Of a DNA stretch of 64,000 bases, positions 25,405 through 36,600 are shown piece after piece (positions within the stretch are counted from its first letter, which is position 1; the number at the start of each line of letters is the position of its first letter). Source of the DNA: Squalus acanthias. Its lineage: Eukaryota. The position numbers were made by a program, and so were the translations under genes. The stretch covers positions 682,001-746,000 of the forward strand of contig JASTWF010000123.1 in the NCBI GenBank assembly GCA_030390025.1. The letters are read 5' to 3'. The notes beneath the pieces were generated by a model. That model saw nothing but the letters and a program-made list of their open reading frames with translations. It was not told the origin of the DNA and did not search any database.

Positions 25405-26268
25405 ATTTAAAACAGAAATAGACAGTTTCCTAGAAGTAAAGGGAATTAGGGGTTATGGGGAGGGGGCAGGAAATTGGACATGAGGCTGAGTTCGGATCGG
25501 TCGAGGCCCTGTGGGTGGCGTAGCGGGCCCAGGGGCTGAGTGGCCGGGTCCTGCTCCTACTTCTTGTGTTCTTTAGATTTGAGGTGAGGATCAGATCAGC
25601 CATGATCTTATTGAATGGTGGAGCAGGCTTGAAGGGCCGATTGGCCTACTCCTGCTCCTATTTCTTATGTTCTTATTGTAAAATGCTGTTATTATTCAGC
25701 GAGTGTGTCTAATTCTGTTTACCCTTGGGGAGAATTTAAAAAAACACTTCCCTTGTGAACATTGAGCTCCTCTTGTTGACTGATGTCAGTATCCGGGAGG
25801 TGGGTGAATTTCTGCTTTCATCCAAAACCTACTGGGTGATACAGGGCACCAGTTGGATCCCCGTGTCCTATCTCACCAATTTGCCTCAGGACCAACATTA
25901 AAGGGGCCAACCCCCCTTTTACTGGATCAATGTGACATTTCTCCCCCTCCACCCCCACCCGCTCTTCCAGCACCTCCTCCCACCCCACAGCCTCTCTGGG
26001 CGAGAGATGGGCTTCCAATTCTTGCCAACTAGAGTCAGACCAGAGGGGCAACGAACAAGCTGTGGAGTCGGAACCCGATCCAAACTGGCCCGGCAGTGTT
26101 CACAACAAATTACCATACAGACAAGGTGTGGATTGGGTGGGGGAACCCAAGCTCGGGCTGTATCTCCTCCCTCTGTTAACACTTCATCCCGACAGACACC
26201 ATGGACTGGATTTGAACCCGCCAAACGGTTTGCAATAAAATTCACCGACCAATTCCATTCACGACCAA

Positions 26269-26447
26269 TCACTTTATTTCGCACATTTGTGGGTGACATT
26301 CATACTCGTGCTCAGCACCGTCGGAGAGGGTCACGTTAAGGTTAGTCTGGTAGAGGAATCGCGGCATGCACCCAGAACAAGAGCAAGCAGGACAAGAACA
26401 AGCAGCATTTCCACCCGGAACAGGAAGATTTATGTTTCCACCCGGAA
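26269..26447 (-). CDS. IgW: IgW short-form Cys-rich secretory tail exon
   Basis: Acceptor ctcttccAG|TT in phase 1, matching the CH2 donor. Encodes 59 aa VPGGNINLPVPGGNAACSCPACSCSGCMPRFLYQTNLNVTLSDGAEHEYECHPQMCEIK* (7 Cys, NVT sequon), resembling the IgW/IgX short-form tail. AATAAA overlaps the final codons. Confidence 0.85.
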
Positions 26448-26784
26448 CTGGAAGAGTTACAGATTTAAGCGTTATACATTTTCACCTCCCCTCCCCTGTG
26501 CTGGGAAAGTGGGAGCTCCACACGGCCCCTGAACTCTGCTCCATCCTGAGTTCACAGGCTCCGAAAGGGACCCAGATCATGGAGACCATGACAAGCTGTT
26601 TCACCTTGTCGAGGACAGCAGAACCAGAGGACACGACCTGTGCTTGAAGCAGGATCCGGGAGGGGTTCAATGCAAATCTAATGTCGTGAGCCAATATTTC
26701 AGTCAGTGGTCAAATTCAAATGCAAAATTGGATAGATTTCTTTCAGAAAATAACATTTGGGGGACAGTAGAAAGGGAACAGGTA

Positions 26785-26950
26785 GGCGGTGATTTGAATT
26801 GTGGACGGTATCAGAGGTGCCGCCCGTTTTACGCCCCGCACCATTTTCTTTTCTATTGAAGTCAGCAGCGAGTAAAATCGGGCGAGGCTGTAAACGGGCG
26901 GCCGATCCCGGCAGTTTCCCCGCCCAGCACGTTATGTTAAAATTACTCCC
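26785..26950. mobile_element. Small palindromic MITE-like element in the CH2-tail intron
   Basis: Imperfect inverted arms GCCGCCCGTTTTA / TAAACGGGCGGC; ends GGCGGTGATTTGAA / TTAAAATTACTCCC. Confidence 0.6.
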
Positions 26951-27119
26951 TTTAAGTGTCGATTGAATATCAACACAAAGTACTAAACATCTTGCTTCCC
27001 TCAACAAGGTCGATATTAGGGACAGTGATTCACGAATTGAGGGCGAGCGTCAGCGCTTTAAGTTAATACAAGGCTGAATTACTGACGGTAAATTCTTTTT
27101 CTCCTCAGACACCACTTAC

Positions 27120-27425
27120 CCTCTCGATACCTCATGCTGATCCTGTCATTGAAGCTCGAAGGTGCGCGGGACACTTCACAAGTGTAGACATTCCCTTTGG
27201 TCCATTCCTCCACAGGCACCGTCAGGTAAGTGACCGTTTCAAAGGTAGCTTCAGTTCTCAGTGTGGCAGGGAGAACAACATCCGCTTGGTCGATTCCGGC
27301 TTTCTTCCAGGAAACCTGTAGGCTGTTGGGATAGAATCCGGATATCACACAGCCCAGGACAGCTTTAGTTTGATTGTAGAGAACCTCCGGGGATGGAACA
27401 AGGGAGATGAGCTTCGGAGCTCGAG
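27120..27425 (-). CDS. IgW: Immunoglobulin heavy-chain constant exon, IgW CH2-like
   Basis: 306-nt phase 1-1 exon: acceptor gttacAG|CT, donor G|GTAAGT. Encodes SRAPKLISLVPSPEVLYNQTKAVLGCVISGFYPNSLQVSWKKAG..YLTVPVEEWTKGNVYTCEVSRAPSSFNDRISMRYRE, resembling shark/skate IgW (IgX) CH2 as I recall it. Confidence 0.9.
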
Positions 27426-27562
27426 CTGTAACACATTGCCATATTTCAGATTACACGATTGTTTTGGCCACAGTAAAGGTGTGCTCCATTCCCCCAACAT
27501 CTAGAGCAAGCGTCACGATGCCAGCCCCCTCCATAATGTTGTCAATTTGCCGGTGATCATGT

Positions 27563-27680
27563 CATAAGAACATAAGAAATAGGAGCAGGTGTCGGCCATT
27601 TGGCCCCTCGAGCCTGCTCCGCCATTCAATAAGATCATGGCTGATCTTCTACCTCATCTCCACTTTCCTGCACTATCCCC
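27563..27680 (-). mobile_element. CR1 3' tail in the CH1-CH2 intron
   Basis: CATAAGAACATAAGAAATAGGAGCAGG..CTCGAGCCTGCTCCGCCATTC. Confidence 0.85.
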
Positions 27681-28068
27681 ATGTCGTAAGGGTGAGACCC
27701 ATCGTGACATGCTGGAGAGAGGTGGGATTGGGAGAGTTGGCAGTATACCTAGGGTATGCCAAGTGGAGCATCCCATTCTACAGTGATATGGAGCAAAGGC
27801 AGGTAAATGGGGGTGAGGTGCAGATCAGCCATGATCTAATTGAATGGTTGAGCAGGCTCAAGGAGCTGGAGGGCCTACACCTGTTGCTGTATTCCTGTGT
27901 ATAGGAGTAGATGGGGAGAAACTGTTTCCACTGGCAGGAGGGTTGCTAAGAATTCATTCGGGTTCTATTCTTCAACAACCTCCTACATTGGTTGGTGAAA
28001 TTTCCTTGTCCAATTTCATCCCCCGACACCAGTGCAGTTTTAAATGGCAAATAATGTCTTGTACTAAC

Positions 28069-28382
28069 ATTTAGGTTCAGGTTTTCGGGTCTGAGCCTCC
28101 TCGTTTGACTTGTACCCCGCCTTGCAGTGGTAGACCCTATTGGCGTTCCAATCCGACACAGAGACTTTGAGCACACTGCTCATCGTGTACTTCTTATTTT
28201 GCCCCAAGACTGCCGGATACTTCTTGATTCCAGTAGTGATGTCTGCACCGTTACTGGACCATGTCTGACTGATGATCTCGGGCTGAAAGTCCTTGACCAG
28301 GCAGAGGAGGCTGATCTCATCTTGGTTGGAGTTCCTGCCACAGGAAGGGTTGGAGATGTAGACTGATGGTGTGGCCTGGACA
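28069..28382 (-). CDS. IgW: Immunoglobulin heavy-chain constant exon, IgW CH1-like (possibly frameshifted at its 5' edge)
   Basis: C1-set domain VQATPSVYISNPSC..SLLCLVKDFQPE..TWSS..YTMSSVLKVSVSDW..VYHCKAG, with both canonical Cys, the Trp and an N-terminal Cys typical of CH1. Branch GACTAAC and acceptor tttcaAG|T at 28382; phase-1 donor T|GTTAGT at 28069. Confidence 0.88.
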
Positions 28383-28527
28383 CTTGAAACATAAATAGAT
28401 GCACACAGGTTAGTCCAGTAAAAAAGTGCATTACAGGCGGATGCAGCAGGAGAGATTTTGTTATGTGTAAAACCAGCCATTTCCGAAAACAATTACACTG
28501 ATACGCAAGGAGTTTACGGTTTTAAGT

Positions 28528-28710
28528 CTCAGTTGTGGCTCAGTTGGTATCATGGTATCACTCTCATCTCTGTGTCAGAAGGTTGTGGGTTCAAGCCCAC
28601 TCCAGAGACTTGAGCGTATAATGTAGGCCGTCACTCCAGTGCAGTACTGAGGGAGTGCTCCACTGTCTGAGGTGCCGTCTTTCAGATGAGACGTTGAAGC
28701 GAGGACCTGT
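28528..28710 (+). mobile_element. tRNA-derived Deu-type SINE (SacSINE1-like), truncated by CR1
   Basis: A box TGGCTCAGTTGG, B box GGTTCAAGCCC, then CAGTACTGAGGGAGTGCT..GGTGCCGTCTTTCAGATGAGACGTT. Confidence 0.75.
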
Positions 28711-29213
28711 CATAAGAACATAAGAAATAGGAGCAGGAATAGGCCACTTGGCCCCTCGAGCCTGCTCCACCATTCAATAAGATCATGGCTGATCTTGGGC
28801 TCAAAGCCACTTCCCAGCCCGCTCCCCATAACCCTTCACTCCCTTATCGTGCAAAAATTTGTCTATCTCCACCTTAAATGTATTTAATGACCCAGCCTCC
28901 ACAGCTCTCTGGGGCAGAGAATTCCACAAATTTACGACCCTCTGAGAGAAGAAGTTCCTCCTCATCTCAGTTCTAAAAGGGCGACCCTTTATTCTGAGAC
29001 TGTGCCCCCGAGTTCTAGATTTCCCCATGAGGGGAAACATCCTCTCTGCATCTACCCTGTCGAGCCCCCTCAGTATCTTATATGTTTCGATAAGATCACC
29101 TCTCATTCTTCTAAATTTCAATGTGTATAGGCCCAGCCTGCTCAACCTTTCCTCATAAGTCAAACCCCTCATCTCTGGAATTAACCTAGTGAATCGTCTC
29201 TGATCTGCCTCCC
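28711..29213 (-). mobile_element. CR1 3' fragment
   Basis: ORF 28801-29172; very similar to 3281-3692. Confidence 0.92.
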
Positions 29214-29459
29214 ATTCCCAAAAGTGTCTGCATTCCCAAAACCAATTAATGTTTCCTATACAACTGTTAGCACCAGATGATAGGAGTTTATAGAAAAGGA
29301 AGAATTTGCCACCAAGTTATTAGAATAACTAAGTCTTGTTTAGCGGTGACATTGATTGGGAGATTAAAATACCTTAGAGTCTACACAAGTGACAGGCATA
29401 ACCTAGAGGGAATGGTAATATGGGTAAGATAGCAAATAGGACCCGTAGAAATACATTGC

Positions 29460-29725
29460 GTAAGAGGTTGTGAGTTCAAATCCTGCCATGGCAAGTTGGG
29501 AAATTGAGACCATTAAATCTGGTGATTTCTGGGCTGGCACCAGTTAAAATGACTGGGAGAAGCTGCCGGATTGTGGGGAAAAACCCACCTGATTCATTAA
29601 AGTTCTTCAGGGAAGGGAACCTGCCGCCCCTCCCCGGTCTGGGCCTCCATGTGACTCCAGTCACACACATCACATGGCTGACTCTTAATGACTCCGGGCA
29701 ACTAGAGATGGGTATCAATGCTGTC
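29460..29725 (+). mobile_element. Decayed tRNA-derived SINE
   Basis: B box GAGTTCAAATCC; body resembles common shark SINEs. Confidence 0.55.
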
Positions 29726-29979
29726 AGATTCTAGGAGCGAGTGTGGAATCAGGTAAACGACCAGCAAAAGCCAATCAACAGTTGGGAGATTCTCAGTGGA
29801 AACGTGGGGAGTAGTTAAGGAATTATTAACGAGGCTACAATGGTAATTCATTGGGGACAGGGCAGGGGGAGGGGCCGCAGGACACAATAGCAGAGAGGAG
29901 AGACAAGGTGCATAGAAAACTAGGAGGGATGAACAGCAACAGAACAAAGAATAGTGCAGAAAGAGCAGGAATTAGATGG

Positions 29980-32900
29980 TGGATAAAAGCAAAGCTGACT
30001 AGCATGGTGTTGGAATGCATGTGTGTTAATACGAGGAGTGTTCCAAATAACGAGCTACAGGCGCAAGTTGCCCCATGGGGTTATGATATAGTGGCTATAA
30101 CGGAGACCTGGCTTAAATATGGGCAGGAATGGGAACTAAACATTCCTGGCTACAACATATTCAGGAGGAATAGGGAAAGGAAAACGACAGGAGGGGGCTG
30201 GCAGTATTGATCAAGGATAATATTACAGTTCTACAGAGGGAAGAGATACTCGAGGGTTCAAAGACTGAGGGTGCGAAATTCGGTGACGCCTTGTTTGGGG
30301 GCGGTAGCCGAGTTAAGACCCGCCCCGGCCGCTAAATTCGGCACTCCACTTCCTGTTGGGGCGGTAACCGAGGTGATGTCGGGGCGCGCTCGGCGGAAGC
30401 TCCGCGGAGCGCTGCCGCGTTTCAACGTCCCTCCTCTTCATTTAAAGGGGAGGGCCACTGCACACTCTGCAGGGACTCCGATGACCCACACTAGGGCACC
30501 ACAGAGGGCCAAACTGGAGGTCAGCCAAACAAAGAAAATGGCAGCGTGGGTCATGGCCGTACCGCCCCTTTAAATACCGTCCCGCGAGCGAAGGTCGGCC
30601 CGGTTCGCGACCTGCGAGGCTGGCACTGACATTGCCCGCGGCAGCCTCGCGGGGCGCAGCCGAATTTCTGGCGCAGGGCAGTAAGGGACGCGGCGCTATC
30701 AGGAAGCGCCTCAGCAACGCCCCACCGAATTTCTCGGGAGGCGCTTTCCCCCTCCGGGCAACAAGCCTGTTGCGCCCCGTTAACGCCCCCCGGAGGCGCT
30801 AACGGGGCGCAAAGGAGCCGAATTTCTAGCCCTGAATCTATTTGGTTAGAGTGAAGGAACAGAAATGGAGCTGTTACATTGCTGGGTGTTTACTATAGCC
30901 CCCCAAATAGTGAGAAGGAGATAGAGGGGCAAATCTGTAAGCAAATTTCAGAAAAATGTTTAAAATAATAGAGGAGTAATAGGAGGGGACTTCAATTACC
31001 CTAATATAGACTGGGGTAAAACAGAGTAAAGGGCAAGGAGAGTAAAGAATTCCCAAACTGTGTACAGGAGAACTTTCTTAATCTGTCTGTTTCTAGCCAA
31101 ACAAGGAAGGAAGCAGTCTGGATCTAGTTCTAGCGAATGAAGTTAGGAAAGTGGAGTTTGTTGCAGTGGGAGAAGATCTGGGTCAAAGTGATCACAATAT
31201 AATTAGGTTTAAAGTAGTTATGGAAAGGGACAAGAAAAATCAATGGTGAAAATACCCAATGGAAGAGAGCCAATTTCAGTGATTTGACGAGGAATCGAGC
31301 ACAGGTGGACTGGAAACAAAGATTGTCCAGGAAAACAGTGAATGAGCACTGGCAGGCCTTCACAGCAGAGATACTTCGGGTACGAACCAAACATATTCCC
31401 ATAAGGAGGAAAGATGGGGCGTCCAAAGCTAGAGCTCCCTGGATGACAAAGGAAATAGAGGTTAAAATAAAACAGAAAAAGGAGGTTTATGGCAAATGTC
31501 AGGTACAGAATAAAATCGAAAACTAGGCACAATACAGAAAGTGCAGAGGGAAATTGAAAAAGAATATAAGAAGGGCAAAGAGAGAATATGAGAAAAGATT
31601 AGTGGGCAATATAAAAGGGAACCCAAAAATCTTTTACAAACATTCAGAAAGTAAAAGGATAGTTAAAGGAATGGTGGGGTAGATTCGGGACAAAAAAGGA
31701 AATCTTCTTGTGGAAGCAGAGGGCATGACTGAGGTACTGAATGAGTACTTTGCATCTGTCTTCACAAAAGAAGAGGATGAAGTTAATGTCGCAGCAGAGG
31801 AGTGGGGAGTAGAGATACTGGATAGGATAAAAATAGATAGAAAGGAGATGCTAAATAGGATGGCATCACTCAAAGTTAACAAGTCACCCGGTCCAGATGG
31901 GATGCATCCCAGGTTGCTGAGGAAAGCTAAGGTGGAGATAACAGGATCTGACCACACTCTTTCAATCCTCATTCGATAGGAGTGATGCCAGAGGACTGGA
32001 GCATTGTAAATGTTACACCCCTTTTCCTAAAAGGGGAGAGGGATAAACCTGGTAACAACAGGCCAATCAGTCTAATGTCAGTGGTGGGAAAACTACTAGA
32101 GACCACTGTCAAGGACAAAATTAATTCTCACTCGGAGAAGCATGGGTTATTAAGGGACAACCAGCACAGATTTGTTAAAGGCAAATTGTGTCTGACTAAT
32201 CTGATTGAGTTCTTTAATGCAGTAACAAAGAGGCTTGACGAAGGTAGTGCAGTAGATGTTGTATCTATGGACTTTCAAAAGGTATTTATTCGCAAAATAG
32301 GAGGGACGGTGGTAACTTGGGTATATAACTGGCGAAGGGATAGGAGGCAGAGAGTAGTGGTGAACAGATGTTTTTCTGACTGGAGAGAAGTATGCAGTGG
32401 GGTCCCCCAGGGGTGGGTATTAGGACCATTGCTTTTCTTGTTATATGTAAATGACTTGGACTTGGGTATAGGCAAGTGTGTGAGATACTTGGCTTTATAA
32501 ATAGGGGATTGAATACAAAAACAAGGAAGTCATGCTAAACCTTTACAAATCACTGGTTAGGCCCCAGCTAGAGTATTATGTACAATTCTGGGCACCACAC
32601 TTTAGGAAGGATGTCAAGGCCTTGGAGAGGGTACAGAGGAAGTTTACCAGGATGATCCCAGGGATGAGGGACTTCAGTTATGTGGAGAGATTGGAGAAAC
32701 TGGGCTTGTTCTCCTTAGAGCGGAGAAGGTTAATGGAACACCTAATTGAGGTTGTTGAAATTATGAGGGGTTTTGATAGAGCAGGTAGGGAGAAACTGTT
32801 TCCTCTGGCAAGTGGGTTGGTAACCAGAGGTGATAGATTTAAAATAATTGGTAAAAGAAGTAGAGGGGAAATGAGGAGAAATGTTTTCACACAGTGGGTT

Positions 32901-33010
32901 GTTAAGATCTGGAACGCTCTACCTGAAAGGGTGGTAGAATCAGATTCCACGGGCACTTTCAAAAGGCAATTGCCTCCTTCTGCGTTGTAACTATTCTATG
33001 ATTCTATCTT
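29980..33010 (+). mobile_element. Old degenerate CR1 ORF2
   Basis: Fragments: VAITETWL, KSPGPDGMHPR, SGVPQGWVLGP, LVRPQLEY; many stops; ATTCTATG tail. Confidence 0.9.
30269..30832. mobile_element. Harbinger-type MITE with TGA TSD
   Basis: TIRs GGGTGCGAAATTCGG / CCGAATTTCTAGCCC. TGA at 30266-68 and 30833-35; removing the element restores the CR1 frame GSKTESIWLE. Confidence 0.85.
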
Positions 33011-33299
33011 TTAAGAAAGAAAGAAAGATTTGCATTTATAAAGCGCATTTTCACGCCCACCGAACATCTCAAACCGCCTGACAACCACTAAATACTTTCG
33101 GAAGTGTAATTGTAAAGGCAATTGTACATGTACTTGAAGAGGACTAATTTGCAGGGGAAAAAGCTGGGGTGTGGGACTAAATTGCACAGCCCCCTTGGGA
33201 TGGGTAAGATGGCATGAGGGTAAGATGGCGGAAGGGTGCAAGATTGTATGATTCCAGGGCTATGGGGAAAATAAGGCCAAAGGGACCTGTTTAGGGTTA

Positions 33300-33675
33300 A
33301 TACAGAGCTATGGGGAGAGCGCGGCAGTAGGATGAGTTTGGGATTGATACAGGGCTATGGGGAGAGAGCGGGGCAGTGGGTTAGTTTGGGATTGATACAG
33401 GGCTATGGGGAGAGAGCGGGCAGTGGGATTAGTTTGGGATTGATACAGGGCTATGGGGAGAGATTGGAGCAGTAGGATTAGTTTGGGATTGATACAGGGC
33501 TATGGGGAGTGAACGGGATTAGTTTCGGATAGATACAGGGCTATGGGGAGCAGTAGGATTCGTTTGGGATTGATACAGGGATATGGGGAGAGCGTGGAGC
33601 AGTAGGATTAGTTTGGGATGGATACAGGGCTATGGGGAGAGAATGGAGCAGTGGGATTAGTTTGGGATTGATAGT
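33300..33675 (+). repeat. 49-bp minisatellite, degenerate left edge
   Basis: Divergent units. Confidence 0.9.
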
Positions 33676-36600
33676 TTGGGAGATAAGGAATAATAAGGGG
33701 AAAAAAACACTAGTGGGCGTAGTCTATAGGCCTCCGAACAGTTGCAACTCTGTTGGACGGAGTATCAATCAGGAAATAGTTGAGGCATGTAATAAGGGAA
33801 CATCTATAATTATGGGGGATTTTAACTATCATATTAATTGGACAAATCAAATGGGGCAGGGCTGCCTTGAGGATGAGTTCATTGAGTGTATTAGGGATGG
33901 GTTTCTTGAGCAGTATGTAACTGAACCGACCAGGGGGCAAACAACCTTAGATCTGGTCCTGTGTAACGAGACAGGATTAATTAAAAATGTCCTAGTAAAG
34001 GATCCCCTTGGAATGAGTGACCATAACATGGTTGAATTCCATATTCAATTAGAGGGTGAGAAGGTTGGATCTCAAACAAGCGTGCTAAGCTTGAATAAAG
34101 GAGACTATGAAGGTATGCGAGCGGAATTGAGTAGAGTGGATTGGGAAAATAGATTAAAGGGTAAGACGACACATGATCAGTGGTGTACATTCAAGGAGTT
34201 ATTTTACAACTTCCAAAAAATATATATTCCACTGAAAAGAAAAGGGTGTAAAAGAAAGGACAGTCATCCGTGGCTAAGTAAAGAAATTAAGGATAGTATT
34301 CGACTAAAAACAAGGGCATATAAGGTAGCGAAATCTAGTGGGAGGACAGAGGATTGGGAAAACTTTAAAAGGCAGCAAAAAATAACAAAAAGATTGATTA
34401 AGAAAGGGAAGATAGATTATGAAAGTAAATTAGCAAAAAATATAAAAAGAGATTGTAAGAGTTTTTATAGTTATATAAAAAGAAAAAGGGTGGCTAAAGT
34501 AAATGTTGGTCCCTTAGAGGATGAGACCGGGAAATTAATGGTGAGAAATATGGAGATGGCAAAAACACTGAATGAATATTTTGTATCAGTCTTTACAGTA
34601 GAGGACATAGAAACATAGAAACATAGAATCTAGGAGCAGGAGTAGGCCATTCGGCCCATCGAGCCTGCTCCACCATTCAATACGATCATGGCTGATCATC
34701 CAAATCCAGTACCCTGTCCCTGCTTTAATCCCCACAGTACACATATCCCACCCTACCCCCGTAACCCCATGTATTTAATTCCCCCTAACATATCCCATCC
34801 TATCCCCATAACCCCACATATTTAATCCCCCCCTAACACTAAGGGTCAATTTATCATAGCCAAATCAACCTAACCCGCACATTTTTGGACACTAAGAATA
34901 TCCCAACACTGGACAAACAGGGGGCTATAGGGGGAGAGGAGCTAAACACAATCAAAATCACTAAGGAAGTGGTACTCGGTAAAATAATGGGACTCAAGGC
35001 GGATAAATCACCTGGACCTGATGGCTTACATCCTAGAGTCTTGAAGGAAGTGGCAGTGGGGATTGTAGCTGCATTGGTAATAATTTTTCAAAACTCCCTG
35101 GATTCCGCTAAGGTCCCGGCAGACTGGAAAACTGCTAATGTAACACCCTTATTTAAAAAGGGCAGTAGACAGAAGGCTGGTAACTATAGACCGGTTAGCC
35201 TAACATCTGTGGTAGGTAAAATTTTGGAGTCCATTATTAAGGAAACAGTAACAGGACATTTGGATAATCATAATTTAATAGGACAAAGTCAGCATGGTTT
35301 TACGAAGGGGAAGTCATGTTTGACAAATTTGCTGGAGTTCTTTGAGGAAGTAACATATAGAGTGGATAAAGGGGAACCAGTGGACGTAGTGTATTTAGAC
35401 TTCCAAAAGGCATTTGACAAGGTGCCACACAAAAGATTATTGCTTAAGGTAAAAAATCACGGGATTGGGGGTAATATTCTGGCATGGATAGAGGATTGGC
35501 TATCTAACAGAAAGCAAAGAGTTGGGATAAATGGTTCATTCTCAGACTGGCAATCAGTAACTAGTGGTGTTCCACAGGGGTCAGTGCTGGGTCCCCAACT
35601 CTTTACAATCTATATTAACGATTTGGAGGAAGGGACCAAGTGTAACATATCAAAATTTGCAGATGATACTAAGATGGGAGGGAAAGTAGTGAGTGAGGAG
35701 GACATAAAAAACCTGCAAGGGGACATAGACAGGCTAAGTAAGTGGGCAGAGATTTGGCAGATGGAATACAACACTGGAAAGTGTGAGGTGATGCACTTTG
35801 GCAGGAAAAATCCTAGAGCAATTTATTATCTTAATGGCAAGAAACTGGAGAGTACTGAAGTGCAAAGGGATCTGGGGGTCCTGGTGCACGAAACTCAAAA
35901 GGTTAGTATGCAGGTGCAGCAAGTGATTAAGAAGGCAAATGGAATGTTGGCTTTCATTGCTAGGGGGATAGAATATAGAAATAGGGAGGTATTGCTTCAG
36001 TTGTACAAGGTATTGGTGAGACCGCACCTGGAATACTGCATACAGTTTTGGTGTCCTTACTTAAGGAAAGACATCCTTGCTCTCGAGGCAGTGCAAAAAA
36101 GGTTCACTCGGTTAATCCCGGGGATGAGGGGGTGGTCATATGAGGAGAGGTTGTGTAGATTGGGACTCTACTCATTGGAGTTCAGAAGAATGAGAGGCGA
36201 TCTTATTGAAACATATAAGATTGTGAAGGGGTTGGATCGGGTGGATGCGGGGAGGATGTTCCCGATGACGGGTGAGACTAGAACTAGGGGACATAGTCTT
36301 AGAATAAGGGGCTGCTCTTTCAAAACTGAGATGAGGAGGAACTACTTCACTCAGAGGGTGGTAGGTCCATGGAATATGCTGCCACAAAAAGCTGTAGAAG
36401 CTACATCATTAAATAAATTTAAAACAGAACTAGACAGTTTCCTAGAAGTAAAGGGCATTAAGGGTTAAGGGGAGCGGGCAGGAATTTGGACATGAGTCTA
36501 GGTTCGGATCGGTCATGGCCCTGTGGGTAGTGGAGCGGGCCCAGGGACCGTGTAGCCTGATTCTGCTCCTATTTCGTGTGTGCAATTCTGTTAGATGCAG

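Larger units (their letters stand above)
21822..25676 (+). mobile_element. Near-full-length CR1 LINE (ORF1 + ORF2), inactivated
   Basis: ORF1, APE endonuclease, RT, 3' UTR and TTCTTATG tail in order. Confidence 0.95.

Noticed and set aside
26482-26694. 70-aa minus-strand ORF as a tail or TM exon
   Set aside because: No Ig TM or tail signature; the convincing tail exon is at 26269-26447.
26699-27007. ORF containing CWAGK, reminiscent of an IgX tail
   Set aside because: The motif lies in the arm of a palindromic MITE; coincidental.
28440-28480. GGTTTTACA nonamer-like sequence upstream of CH1
   Set aside because: No heptamer at 12/23 spacing and no J coding sequence.
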